Shown: positions 35,463 to 48,761 of the stretch, in pieces | Position numbering within the stretch: position 1 is the first letter of the stretch | Layout: the number at the start of each line of letters is the position of its first letter | NCBI GenBank assembly: GCA_002245135.1 | Contig: NGBS01001201.1 | Location: forward strand, 1-55,614 | DNA: 55,614 nt | Source of the DNA: Proteromonas lacertae | Taxonomy: Eukaryota | Reading direction: 5' to 3' | Notes under the pieces: generated by a model | Told to the model about the DNA's origin: nothing | The model's input: the letters and a program-made list of their open reading frames with translations, nothing else | The model's database searches: none | Translations under genes and position numbers: made by a program

Positions 35463-37243
35463 CTATAATTTCTTTTCTGTTTGCTTACATCTCCAAGATT
35501 CTTCAGAACTCTTTTGAAGTTCATCTATTGGATTTTTCATTTTATAATACCATAATAAACCAAATATAAAACACATATAACTCAGAATTGAATAACCATC
35601 TCTTTCCATTATACATTTTCCATTATTCTTTATACAATTATCATATAATATTTTACCTTTACAATCATTCACTTCACCATTACTTCTATATATAATAATA
35701 ATAATAATATAAATACAAATGACAAGATTTGATTGTTAGCTTATCAAGAAAATATAATCCTGGAGCAGAATTCCATTGATTTCCTAAATTAGCTACAGTG
35801 TTTAATAGTGTCATATAAGTGCCACCAATTCTAGTATCAGATACTTTCGCAAAAAATGCCATCTATTATAAATTATAGAAGAAATAATAAGCATATATAC
35901 TTTACTAACAAACATTATATTACAAGCTATTCGATGAAATATAAAAAATGGTAAGATCAATATATAATATTTCCAAAGTGAACTACTAACTACACTACTA
36001 GGCATTATTTGAAGAATTATCACATAACTCAAACTCATAAATAATCTTAATATATATCCAAATAAGAAATATTTGAAAGGTTCTGGACCAGAGGTGTATT
36101 TACTTACATAACTTGTTATAACTATTTATTATTATTATTATTATTATATATACATATTTCTATTGGAAAATAAAACACTCCAATCATTGCTACATGATAT
36201 TCAGGAATACCAATTTCAATTAATCTCAACATAAATGCATCTTCAGCTACACAAAAACCTAATCGAAATGTCACTAACACTAACGACAATATTAAAACAT
36301 TCTTTAGTTTTATTACTCCCATTATTTCACTGTAACTTTCTTTCACATTTGGAATCTCATTTTCTATTTCATCTTTTTCTTTCATTCCACTTACCAATAA
36401 TGTAACTATTATAAATACTACTCCACAAAGTAACATAAAACTAGATAAATCGAAAAATGGCTATTTATTTATAAATTATTAAATTTATATTTATACTTTA
36501 TGGATTGGAGTTGAACGGAAATAATCACAGAAATCAGCGTTATTAAATGCCAAAAAAACAGCATAACTAATAAAATAACCAACTGTTTGACCAATTGCAT
36601 TTGTTGTTGAAGCATATCCTTTATTTTCGGGTCTTAAAATTGAAATTGCTAATCCATCCACTGCTATATCCTATTTCATATATATATTATATATTATATT
36701 ATATTATATTAATTATACTTGAGTTGCAACTAAAAAATATAAAACAAAGAATAAAATTGTTAAAGTGTAAATATAAGGTCCTTCAGAGTTATTTAGTAAA
36801 GAATTGATTCGGAAAGAGTATATTACTAATAATAAACCCACTATCATTTGGACTGGAATTATCCAACTCTTTCTTCTTCCATAAGATTTCACAAATATTG
36901 AATCAACAATTGGAGCCCATAATAACTTCATACTGTAAGGCCAAGATACATTTGAAAATACAGCTTGATCAGTGTATGTTATATGATACTTTTGTAATAT
37001 TAACGGAATACTAGCAGCAAGTCCCATTGGAATTCCTTGTAGTGTGTATAATATTAATAATAGAATTATATTGCCTTTATCTTTGGATGGATCAGGTTGT
37101 AACTCATTGATAGATGTCTATTCAATCTAATTCTACTTAAATACTATTTCAGGCTTTCTCATTGATGCAAATTCTACATTTTCATCTGGATTTCTTTCGG
37201 AGTCAAAGCTCCTTTGTCGCATTGTTTGTGTGCTTTCTTCCAT
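35463..37243 (-). CDS. SLC33A1: Acetyl-CoA transporter 1 (AT-1/SLC33A1-like, MFS), multi-intron
   Basis: DKGNIILLLILYTLQGIPMGL, SWPYSMKLLWAPIVDS, GRRKSWIIPVQ, C-terminal DGY...W.C. Confidence 0.88.
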
Positions 37244-37357
37244 AGAATGCAAAAAAGAACTTACTCTACGTAAAAATGTCAAATTTACCATTAAAATACA
37301 TAATTCTTTATTCTAATTTGTAGCATATAGACTTTTGCATATAAACTTTACAGTTGA

Positions 37358-38882
37358 ATGCCAATTCTAGCAAAATATACAAATTTAAATTGGTTAGATA
37401 AGTTTAGACCAAATCAACAAAAATATATGTATAACAATAGATATATGATTTAGAATACGATGGTGGCTGTATTTATCTACCGATGAAAGAATAGAGCAAA
37501 TATTTGAACAACATGATGAAGATTGTGATGGTTATTTATCGAAAGAAGAATTAGCAGAATCTTTAAAATCTGCTGGAATAGACATTGGAGGAGTTGATGT
37601 TCCTGAAAAAACAGATTATGATGAGTACATTACATTAATTCGTCAATCTTTTGCTTCAGTTCTTTACGATGAAATAGATGCAAAGAAAACAGGAGTAGTA
37701 TCAGATACACAGATATACTCATTACTAAAATCAGTAGGATCGACAATATCTCATAATGATTTGAGAAACATAATCACTACCATTTTTCCTTTTCAAAAGA
37801 ATTCAAACACATTCTTAACGAAAGAAGAATTTTTAACATTTTTCACTAAATTTCCAATCACTTACTACAAAATACCTTTATATTCTTTAAATAATTCTGT
37901 TAAAATAAGAGATGTATTAGAAGGATATTTTGACATGGGAGTTCCAACTGTTGTACCAACTTCTTATTCATATTCTTTTATTGCTGGTGCTGTTTCTGGG
38001 TTAATTTCTCGTTGTATCACTGCTCCTTTAGATGTAATAAGAATAAATGTACAAATATCAGGTTCAGAACCAATCAAATCGGTTTTTAGTGAAATATTAT
38101 TGAGAGATGGAATAAGAGGATTATATGCAGGTAATTTAACCAATTGTATAAAAGTAATACCATTTAATGGATGTGTAACATGGAGTTATGCAATTTATTT
38201 GAAATTATTTGGTATAAAAGATGGTCAAAGTAATCTACCAATCAGATTACTGTGTGGTGGATTATCAGGTTTAACTGCCACATTAATAACTTATCCAATG
38301 GATTTAGTTAGATCTCGTTTAGCATTACAAGGCAGAAATAGGATGTATTATGACGGTATGATTAATGCAATTAAGACTATAAGAATGGAAGAAGGTTTTA
38401 AAGGCTTGTATAAAGGTTTGTTTCCTTCATTATTATCAGTTGGAATGTTTGTATCAATTCAACAATCATTTCAAGATTTATTAAGATATAAAACCTTTGA
38501 ATTATGGGAACCTTCATTTCCTAAGTTATTATGTTGTGGTTTAATATCAGGTATTTGTGCTCAAGTAGTTACATATCCCTTCGATTTAATCAGAAGAAAT
38601 ATGCAATTATCTCATCCAGCCTTTTTAGAAAGTCAATATCAAGAAATTGACATACCTTCAAAATTCGTTAAATTAGTGAAATATATTTATAAAGAAGCTG
38701 GTTGGAAAGGTTTTTATCACGGTTTGGGAGTAACTACATTGAAAGTAGTACCAGCAGTTGGATTAGGCTTGGCATTAAGAGATTTCATATTGGGAAGAAT
38801 GAATTATTACTCTCCGTGTATTAGAATCAATTATAAAGTTAATAATAAAGATTATTATTTAGTTAGACAGAAAAATGATTAA
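37358..38882 (+). CDS. EF-hand (Ca-binding) mitochondrial carrier (SCaMC/ATP-Mg:Pi carrier-like)
   Basis: EF-hand DEDCDGYLSKEE; three carrier motifs PLDVIR, PMDLVRSR, PFDLIRR. The start at 37358 requires a 25-nt intron (37429-37453) or a 1-nt correction. Confidence 0.82.
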
Positions 38883-38914
38883 TTTTCCCAGTAATCAACA
38901 CAACAATTAGTATA

Positions 38915-38922
38915 TGTTTGTT
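38915..38922 (+). terminator. TGTTTGTT 3'-end element 32 nt after the carrier stop
   Basis: Exact motif in a short convergent spacer. Confidence 0.45.
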
Positions 38923-38978
38923 TATTTACTTGTTAATATAATAGAAAGGTAATTTTATATATTTTTTTATAAACATAA

Positions 38979-41900
38979 CTAATCAGTTTTTCTCTTCTTC
39001 TTTAATCTCACCATATAATCTTCAGAACCCATTACATAACTATCTTTCTGATATTGTAAACCATCTTCAACAAGTGTATACGCAGATCTTTTCAATCCTT
39101 CACGTTTATTTCTAAACAAATATGGAATTGAAATCTCATCAGTATCTAAAGTAGGATTTTCAATCTTTTTAATAATTGATTTTAATGGTTGCAACAATGC
39201 AGAATCACCTTCTCTTTTATATAACTTAGAATCACTATGTGAAGGCGTACCAACATACCAATATCTTGTATTAGTCCAACATTCATAACTATTTTCATTT
39301 TCTCTACAAAAATCAATTCTAATACAATCTCCTTTTAATTCACTTAATAGATATAATACATTAGATTGATATGATGTAATATTGAATGATTCTTTATTGT
39401 ATTCATGATAATGTAAAGCTCGAAGTTTCAAGCACATTTCATCAGATGAGAAGTATTTTAAATGTTTTAAGAATTGCGTTAATAATCGATCAAACATGCC
39501 GATTTTATTACATTCTAAGCCAAATAAACCTCTACATTCATCAACTACTTGTTGATTTTCATAAGATTCATCAATTAAACCATACAAATAAGTTAAATAA
39601 TCTTCATATAATAATCTGCTGCTATTTCTATCATGTAATTTGAATAATACTTGCTCTTCAACTATAATATAATAAAAAAATATATATACTTCTAGAATTC
39701 TCATCTACTTTTCTATTCTTACTACATTCTTTCACTTGTAATAATCGATCATACAACATTTGATATAATCTGAAAAAGCAATACATATACATATTACAAT
39801 ATAGCGTTAATGAATGATTCATTGTATTTGGTTGTTGATACTTTAATGTTGAATTATCAAACTCTTTTTGCCTTAAATTGATCAAATCTAAATCTTGAAT
39901 ATCATCTCTACTGCAAATAGCATATCCAAATGGTAACTTAACTTTGTAATTATTCTTATACATATTCTCATCATAATTTACTACTATTCCATCACCATAT
40001 TTTGTTCTTACATGAGTATTTGGCTTTAAAATTGATGTATATTCATTTGGTTGATTCATATAATTAGATGGAAGTCCAAAGAGATGAATAATCATTGTAT
40101 TCCATAATGAATATACTTTCATCTATATAATAAATAATAAATATAATATACTATTTCTGCTACACTCATTTTCTTCTCACATAATATTAATATCAGTTTG
40201 TATAAATCTCGATGAATCGTTGGATCAGGAAATGAAAATATAAATTCAGGTTTTTCATCTTCACATAAAGTAGGTGTAATATAAGAAGTACCTTTTTCAG
40301 TTCTTTTATTAATATAAGCAGTACATAACTTCTTAATTGATTCAACTAATGATTTTGCTGATAATGATTTCTTATCTTGTTGTTTATTGAAATAACCAAC
40401 GAAATCTAAACTTCTATAATAATTCTCTCTCATTACACCTCTTAATTTTATATCAAATTGTTCTTTTAGACTTAACCATTCTTTTTCTTTCTTATTTAAT
40501 GAGTTGATTAAGATAGGTAATACCTCATAAGGATGTTTGTAAAGTGCTTCTAAGATATCTTGAGTACTGTCACCATAGAGTCTGTTTAATGCTTTGATGT
40601 GAATTGCGTTGATACTTTCACGACTGATGTGATATTGACAATCATCACCATACTATTAAAATACATAATAGAAATATATACATTTAACGATTTAATAGCA
40701 TTTGCTTCATCATACAATCTTGTTAATTCCTTTATACATGAACGATGATGTCCCAATATAATATCTATTTCATACATATCATCTTCACATTTAAACAGTT
40801 CATAATGATAAGATGTTTGTCTTGCTGGTTTAAACTGATAATCATCTCCTAACATCTCAGGTAAGGTAATCCATCTATCATTAGTGACAGAATCTTTTCT
40901 ATAATCTTTAATAAATGCTGATAAGGTAGGGAAACTATCAGGTGTTTTACGATAGGAAGGTGTTGCACCTCTTACATAGGAGGCTATTGGTATAATTTCA
41001 CTATAATGATGATCATCTGGTGGAGGTGATATGCCATATCCTACTAATAAGAGTTTTATGGAATAATAGATAGAATCATGAATTTTGGAGGTAGAAGGGA
41101 GGAGATTTCGAAGTAAACTGTAAAATTCAATATCTGTGATTATTTTCTATATATTATTATATTATTTAATATACATCTGAGAATAAACTCAACACTTTTA
41201 AGAATTGTTTATACACATCTGGTGAACCTAATGCATATTTTGCCTATTTATTAGATATTTAAGTATAAATATAAATATAAACAATATATACTCTTTCAAA
41301 AAGACTTCTCTCTGATATTGTTAACATAAATTCATTTTGTATATCTATAAATTCATCATCTATTTCGTCTATTCTTGGTGTTCCATTTTCTGTTTCTATA
41401 TCTGAAGTTGATTCTTCTTCCCTTGCTGCTGGCTTGATTATTGTTTGTTGTTGTGGATGTATTGGTTGAATTTGAATGGCTGGTAATGGTTGAATTAGAG
41501 GAGGTCTAATTTGAGTTTTCTTGGGCTTTTGCATCTGTGCACTATTTACAAACTTATAAAACTCTTCTATCAAGTCTACATGACCTTCGAATATAAATGC
41601 CAATTTTGAGTCTATATAAGCCTTATCACGCTTTTGGTATTGGTCCACAAGCTCTAAGAACGATTTATATTTAACTGAATCGACATCTAACACATCTTTG
41701 ACTTTGTTGATAAACGCACCAGCCACGTTTACCACACTTACATCTTGCGATATATTTGAATTTGGTGGTAAAAATAATGAAAAATCTTGAAGTAAATCAT
41801 CTTGATCTTTAAACAGAGCTTTTACTTTAGAAATAACCTCTGTAACCGCCATTCTAGATTCATATAAATATAAGGCAATTATATACAGGTTTTGCTTAAA

Positions 41901-42037
41901 CTTTCTAAGAATCTCGATGAACTGTTGGAAGACTGTTGGGTCACCAGCAAACCTCTGTTTAACCTACACACATATTACTACGAGAATACCTTATCTAAAT
42001 AGTACTTGGCCCTGTTCTGTTTGTCAGCTTCATTCAT
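38979..42037 (-). CDS. SIN3: Sin3 histone-deacetylase co-repressor, multi-intron
   Basis: PAH AKYYLDK|VKQRF...LFKDQDDLLQDFSLFLP; HID TPSYRK...NDRWI...LFKCEDDMYEID; Sin3_C YCFFRLYQMLYDRL, YVMGSEDY. Confidence 0.88.
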
Positions 42038-42101
42038 TTTTAGAATTTGTTTCAAATAAGTTTGGCTCGAACAATTCATTTACAATTCTTCTGATTTCTT
42101 A
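42038..42101. promoter_or_regulatory. 64-nt divergent spacer between Sin3 and bZIP
   Basis: Head-to-head ATGs; contains GGCTCGA, also seen at the NEK/cyclase spacer. Confidence 0.5.
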
Positions 42102-43463
42102 ATGGACTCTTTGTCACCGTTAGGTCAACCTATGAGAAATCAATATGAAGATATGCTAGATTTAATAGGAGGTTCGACAGAAGTTAACGACATGTCTAGA
42201 ACAGATAATGGTATTTTTTGTATCTATTATAGATGTCTTCTCATGGATCGTTTTAAACTCTGATTTGTTACCTGGTCCAGAATTACCACCTAATACTGAA
42301 ACACCTTTTGCTAGATCACCTCCAGTATTTCTAGTTATTATATGTTTTTTTTGTAGTTGATAAGTGCATCATATAATAACCAACTACCAATACCCACAAA
42401 TTCTCACTCTCCTTCCTCTAGTGGATTAACACCAAGAACAGATGAAGAAGAAATGCCATCAATGTCATTAGATCCAGAAGAACAAAAGAAACAAGAGCGT
42501 TTAAAAAAGAATCGAGAAATAGCAAGAAGTTGCCGAAAACGAAAGAAAGAAAGAATGGCTGATATGGAAGAAGAAGTTAAAAGACTTAGACAAGAGAATC
42601 AATTATTAACATTAGATTTACAAGGTCAACTATATAATGCACCAGAAAAGGAAGATAAAAGAATCAAACATTTGAATAGAATAAGAGAAATGATGAATAA
42701 TAAAAACACAACTGAAGATGAAATAGGTAAAGTGATGAATGAATATATAGAAGAATGGTCTGATCTAGGAAATGAAAGAAGGAATCAAATTCAATTTCAT
42801 ATAGAGAAATTAAAACAATTATTATTACCATTAAGAATAATATCTTTATGTGAGAGTGGTTCAACTGTAAATAATAGTAGAATAGTAAATATAAAAAAAG
42901 AAAAAGAAAAACCAATATTAAAGAATAATAATGATATATTTTCTATATTGAATGATATTGCTTCGAATGATGAAGATCCTTCATTATCTTCATCCTCTAC
43001 ATCTTCTGTAGTATCGTGTAACTCTATTTCAACAACTACATCAACATCTTCATCTACTATTTCAACCAATACAGTAAATACAAATGTAAATACATCAAAT
43101 ACAAATACAAATACAGTTAATACACATAGTAATAGTTCATTATGGAAGTTATTATGTGGAGCAATAGATATAACTGAAGAACAAAGACATGCAATTCAAG
43201 CACTTAGTATTAATGATGTACAGACACAAAGACATAAAGTTGGAGAATGTGTGAAATTATTGAATCATTTACAAGATAAAGTATATATATATATATATAT
43301 ATAATAAAAATAGAGTAATAGTAATTGCGATTCATTAACCAAGCAAATGAATGAGATTTTGGGAGTATTATTACCTTCTCAACAAGCGAAGTATTTATTA
43401 TGGGTTGAAGATAATAAAGCGTGTATGTATATGTTAAATTCATTATGGAACACTATGCAATAA
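42102..43463 (+). CDS. bZIP transcription factor with stramenopile-type helical C-terminal domain, 3 introns (first only 22 nt, 42211-42232)
   Basis: ERLKKNREIARSCRKRKK plus zipper; C-terminus LLPSQQAKYLLWVEDNKACMYMLNSLW. Confidence 0.82.
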
Positions 43464-43480
43464 TATGTGAATAATAATTG

Positions 43481-43488
43481 TGTTTGTT
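43481..43488 (+). terminator. TGTTTGTT 3'-end element 17 nt after the bZIP stop
   Basis: Exact motif. Confidence 0.45.
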
Positions 43489-43580
43489 AGATAGTAAAAA
43501 ACAAATAGATAATTGTACTATAAAACGACTCAATAATTGGCTTGAGACTCGATTCTTTTTTTTTCTCGTAACTTTTGAAA

Positions 43581-44957
43581 ATGAGTGATTTGTTGGATGA
43601 AAATTTGTTATCTTTCTTGAAAGATGAATACAAAGTATATATAGGTAGATATAGAGTATTTAGATAGTAAAATCTTCACCTCGTAGTGGTATTTCGTATA
43701 TCATCGTGATAGAAAACTTAATAAGTACCGAACATGAAATATTGAAAGTGCTTGATGTAAGAAAAGTGTCAAAAGAAAAGATCAAAGAGTATTTATCAGC
43801 ATTAGAGTTGGTTACTAAAATTAATGATAATCATAACTATCTGGTTAAATATTCGATGATAAAGGAAGAAAATGGTTATATTTATTTGAAGATGCGAGAA
43901 TTTATTGGTTCATTAGATTGTGAAGATATAAGTATTTATCCTGTTTATGAGAATATGATGGGTAAAGACAAAGTAGAAAAGAAAGAAGAAGATGATGATG
44001 AAGAAGAAGAAGAAGAAGAAGAAGATGATGATGATGAAAATAAACAAAAGGAAAAAAAGAATGACAAGAAATCAGAGATAATTAAATATAAGGGATGTAG
44101 AGGAAGCTTAAGATATAATGCATATTATGATATTTGTTATTCAGTATATCTTTTACATTCAAACAATCTAATTCATGGAAATATATGTAAAAAGAATATA
44201 TTTTATTATAACAAACATTTCTATTTATCTGATTATTGTCAATATTTATTACATGATGTTGATATTAATAAAGAAGAAAGAAAGGTAAAAGAATCTAAAA
44301 ATAAAAAAGCAGGTAAAGTAAGTGAATATGAATTGGAAGATGATTATGAAGAAGATAATGAAGATGCAGATGAGGAAGTAAATGATGATCATGTTGAAGG
44401 GGAATTTAAAAGTTATAGTGATGATTATTGTCTTTGTTATTGTGAAAAAGTTATTGCAAAATGTAAACCATATGTTGGTGATAAAAAAGAAGATATATGC
44501 AGTTTAGGATATGTTCAAGAACATTTATCTAAAGTAGTTACAAGCCGTACTAGTTACGATAGATATGAAGAGGCAGATGAAGATAACTTTCCTGATTTAG
44601 CAGTTCAACATTTGTGGGAATACACAGAAGATGGAGAATATAATATCGAAAAAATCCTCAAGAAGCTTGATAGTACTATTTTATTCTTTTATCAATATAG
44701 AATTGAAAGTTAAAGACTGGGACAAGGAATATGAGTGGGATCCAGAAACATACAGTTGTACACATGATGAGATGGAAGGCGCAAGATGTACATGTAATGA
44801 ATTAAGAAAGAAAATTAGTGAATTAAAAGCCAAGATGCTTACATTAGAAAAAGAAAAAGAAGAATATATTAAGAGAATAACAGAATTAGAAAATGAGGTT
44901 GAAACATTAACTAAAGGAAATAATGAATTATCTGTTAAAAGAAAGAAATTAGATTAA
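43581..44957 (+). CDS. Degenerate kinase-fold protein with two acidic insertions and a C-terminal coiled coil, 2 introns
   Basis: Introns 43635-43663 and 44673-44700. LHSNNLIHGNICKKNI (HRD>HGN), LSDYC (DFG>DYC), EDICSLG. Confidence 0.65.
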
Positions 44958-45082
44958 GACTAAAGTCTATACAACTATTATCTTTTATTCTAATATATGA
45001 TTTTTAAAATTATGTTAAAAAGTATTTGAATGAATTTTTTAAATTTTGATTTAAAAATTATATTCGTTTCATAGATTTAAAA

Positions 45083-45659
45083 ATGAGTTATATTGAAACA
45101 GGCGTAATAAATGAATATTATTGTTCTATTGTTGATGAACAAACAGGACTAGATAATTTGTATAGTGGTATAACAAAGCTATATAACCGAGTTACTGATC
45201 AAGATCGACTGATCCACACTTTGGAATGTGCTCTAGCAGGTACTCTATACAGAATATCTCAAGTAAAAAGTGAAATCGATATTTTGAAACAAGAAGGTAA
45301 TATATTTGTTTTTTATTATCGGTAATAGCTTCACTAAGTGTAAATTCTACTACATCAAAGCCTTCATTATCTAATGCCTCCAAAAATGTACAAAAATTAT
45401 TCATTATTATAATTTATAGAATTCAAAAGAAGTAGAAACAGATTTAACCCCAATACTTTCAGCATCAAATAGAAAACCTAAACCAGCACCAAGAAATAAG
45501 ATTGAATCTATTCCTAGTTTATCACCTATTCCAGTTAAACCATCTCCATCTAAACCAACTGTTTCTAAAGTTACAAACTCAAAACCAGCTGTATCAAAAG
45601 TCACTAAAAAGAAAAAGCCAACTATTACAACTAAAATATCAATAACAACAAAGAAATAA
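45083..45659 (+). CDS. Small coiled-coil + K/P/S-rich basic protein (EML trimerisation-domain-like), 2 introns
   Basis: LYNRVTDQDRLIHTLECALAGTLYRI followed by a basic low-complexity tail; splices in frame to TAA at 45657-45659. Confidence 0.6.
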
Positions 45660-45790
45660 TGAGTGATTAACAATTCATATTAATATCAATTTAATATGTA
45701 TATATAATACTTTTATGTATATTATTTATGTGTATATATCAAATAACTATCCCATTAATAAAGAAAATAGTAAATCAAAGTTGATTATTT

Positions 45791-48700
45791 CTATAATTGT
45801 TCTTTTTCAGGTTGTTTGCAAACATTAACTCCACAATATTGATCATAATCTTGCAATGTAACAGTACCTGTATTACTCATAACAATAATGTTTCCTAAAT
45901 AACTGCAAGCATAATAAGTAGAACAACCTACATAACCAGTATAAGCTCCAGTTTCATCTTTCATTCCATCATTATTATTATGAATTAACTGAGTGTTATT
46001 AAATAATGAAGTATCAGTAGCACCTTTAGTTTGAATGTTATATATACCGCGGTATTGATCTTGGGTAGTTTTAATCTTTATAATTGTATTACCTGATATA
46101 GTTTCAATTTGTAAAACACCAGTTTTTAAAGTTACTAAATTAATATTAACTGTAGCTTCAGTTGTGGATATTAACAATTCATCAGTAGTTACATCCTCTA
46201 TATTTACTGATCCTGCTTTATAATCTATTCTAATACGAGGATAATTCACTTTATTCAATTTTATACCTCCTCTTTCAGAGATGATTATTAATTGTGGAAC
46301 AATATCGCTATTATCACTTTCAGCTCTTCTAGATAATAATAATAATATATTATTATATATACAAATTATTGATTATATAATTACCAGCAACTCCATTGAT
46401 AAATAAACTTTTGCAGTTTTTAGTAACCATTCCATTTATGTCTACTTGGTTCTTATCTCCAACTATATTGATAATTGGTACATTTATATCACATTCAACT
46501 CTTCCTTCATTGATACTAACATCTCCACTTACTATTAATAAAATACAAAGAATAAATAATCAATTATACATGTTTCAATATTTAATTTCTTAGTATAGAA
46601 ATTACTCAGTTTAATTGGTCCATTAGTTGATTTCGCATTAATAAATGATACTAAATTATCATTATTATAATCAATTCCACTAAATTCAGAATAAGAATAC
46701 AAATTCAATATATCTTCAGTAAATGAAGTAGTATCACCAGACTTAGATAATAATCTAAAGGCAAATACTTGACACATAAAATCAACACCTAAAACAGGTG
46801 AACCATCAGGATTAATTTCATATCTATTTTTACCTTTTTCATTTAATAATGTACTGACTTCTATACTATTTCCTATTGATTTTATTCTACTAGCAGCTGA
46901 CCATGTGCCTGCTAAAGTTGTACCATCATTCTTTACTTCAATATCTCCTAAATTAACATTATTACTAATTGTAAAGGTTCTAGTTTCTTTATCAACATTC
47001 ACAAATTCAAATTCATTTTCTTCAGTCATATTTTCACAGACAGCAGGGAATAAGAAGAATAATCCAAAGATAACAAATATAATAATCAAAATAATAAATG
47101 CTAAAACAATCAAACATACCAAGCATTTATGCGCACATTTTTTACTATTTCTTTCTAACTCCTCATACAATTCGTATTGGAAATTATAGAATGCTAAATA
47201 TGCTCTTAACACAGTCACTTTAAACGATTCATTTTCATGTATTTCATTAGGATCATACATGTTATTCTCTTCCATATATTCAGCTAATTCATACACGTGT
47301 TCTTTATATTCACATAAATCAAAATAGGCATTTAATGTTAATCCTTTATCTTCATCAATGATATTGTGATTCCAGAACATATCTTTTAAATCTTCTTCAT
47401 CTACATCAATATCTTGAGATAACATTAAATCACTCAATTCTTCAGCTGATATTCTACCATCATTATCTTGATCAAAACTTCTAAATAATCGATAATAAAT
47501 GAACAATTCTAATTTCTTACCAATATCACGATTTGTTTTAGCATATATCATTAATATTATACCATAGATGATTAACATTGCAGCTCCTAATTTCATATAT
47601 TGATTTAACCAGTCTTCAAAGTATGAAGGATCATATTTACCAATGAAAGTCGGTGTTAATACTAAACGAAATACTTTCCATTTATCAACGCAAAATTTAA
47701 CAATGTCAGATTTAATTATGACAATAACAATACCAAATATGAATAATACAAAACCACAAACACCTGATATTGCAGCTGTTGCGTAATAAAAGAACTTTGA
47801 AAATAATGCCTATTAAATATATATATATTCATACTTTTCCTAATAAGTTCAATATCATTACAAATATCATCAATACACCAACAACAAACAATATAAATCC
47901 AGTCTTTGGTGCATCGATTGTCTGTGCAGTATCATATATATAGAATCCCATCACGATAGCTATGCAGCCAGGTGCAACAATGATTAAATCGCATACTAAC
48001 ATGATGATTTCATTGGATCTTTTCCAGCCTACCATATCTGACATTTGCATTGCCATTATTGTTAATAATCCAACCATTACGAATAATATAATACCTAATA
48101 CTATCACAATGATGAATATCTTATCATAAATGCTATTTATTAATTCTTCTAATTTCTCAATATCCTGTTCTTCATAGATATTGTCTTGTGCAAATTCTGC
48201 TACTTCGTTGGGAATGACAAATGTGAGAATAGCAACCACCAACAAGACGATATTCAGAAATACAATCAAAGTATAGTAGAATCTGATTATTTGCTTAAAA
48301 CCTGGGAGTGGATTTAATACAATAATAATCAGAATGAAGTTTAATGCTGCTAATCCTGCTCCAATTCCTAAAACAAAATAAAACATCCATGTGATATGGC
48401 TATGAAAATAAGATATGTATAAATCAGTTATATATACGCATAATGATCTAATAAGAATGATAAGCCAAGAACAAGAAATCCAAGTAGCATTAACACAATA
48501 GCGTAAATAACAATACGGTTCTTTGCACTTTTCTATTAATATTAGAATAAATTTGAAGTTTTATATATGATTTTCTATACTTGTGCTAAAGTCCATCTAC
48601 TACGAATAAAATTTTTAGCTCGGTTCATTCTTTTTTGATCATCTTCGTTAACTGTAACAGTCTCTTCCTCCTTTTTATTCTCAATAGTGATGTTTAGCAT
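45791..48700 (-). CDS. Polytopic membrane protein: two tetraspanin-like 4TM blocks, EF-hand region, TM helix, beta-repeat (DUF4097/adhesin-like) ectodomain
   Basis: About 5 introns join ORFs 47829-48386, 46535-47596 and 45791-46258. EF-hand DQDNDGRISAEE; repeats such as STNGPIKL, KAGSVNI, ISGNTII, NTGTVTL. Confidence 0.65.
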
Positions 48701-48761
48701 TTTATAAAATTTTTATGTTGAAAACGGATTAATTTTTTATAAGAAGTTTTTTGTTTTTTGA

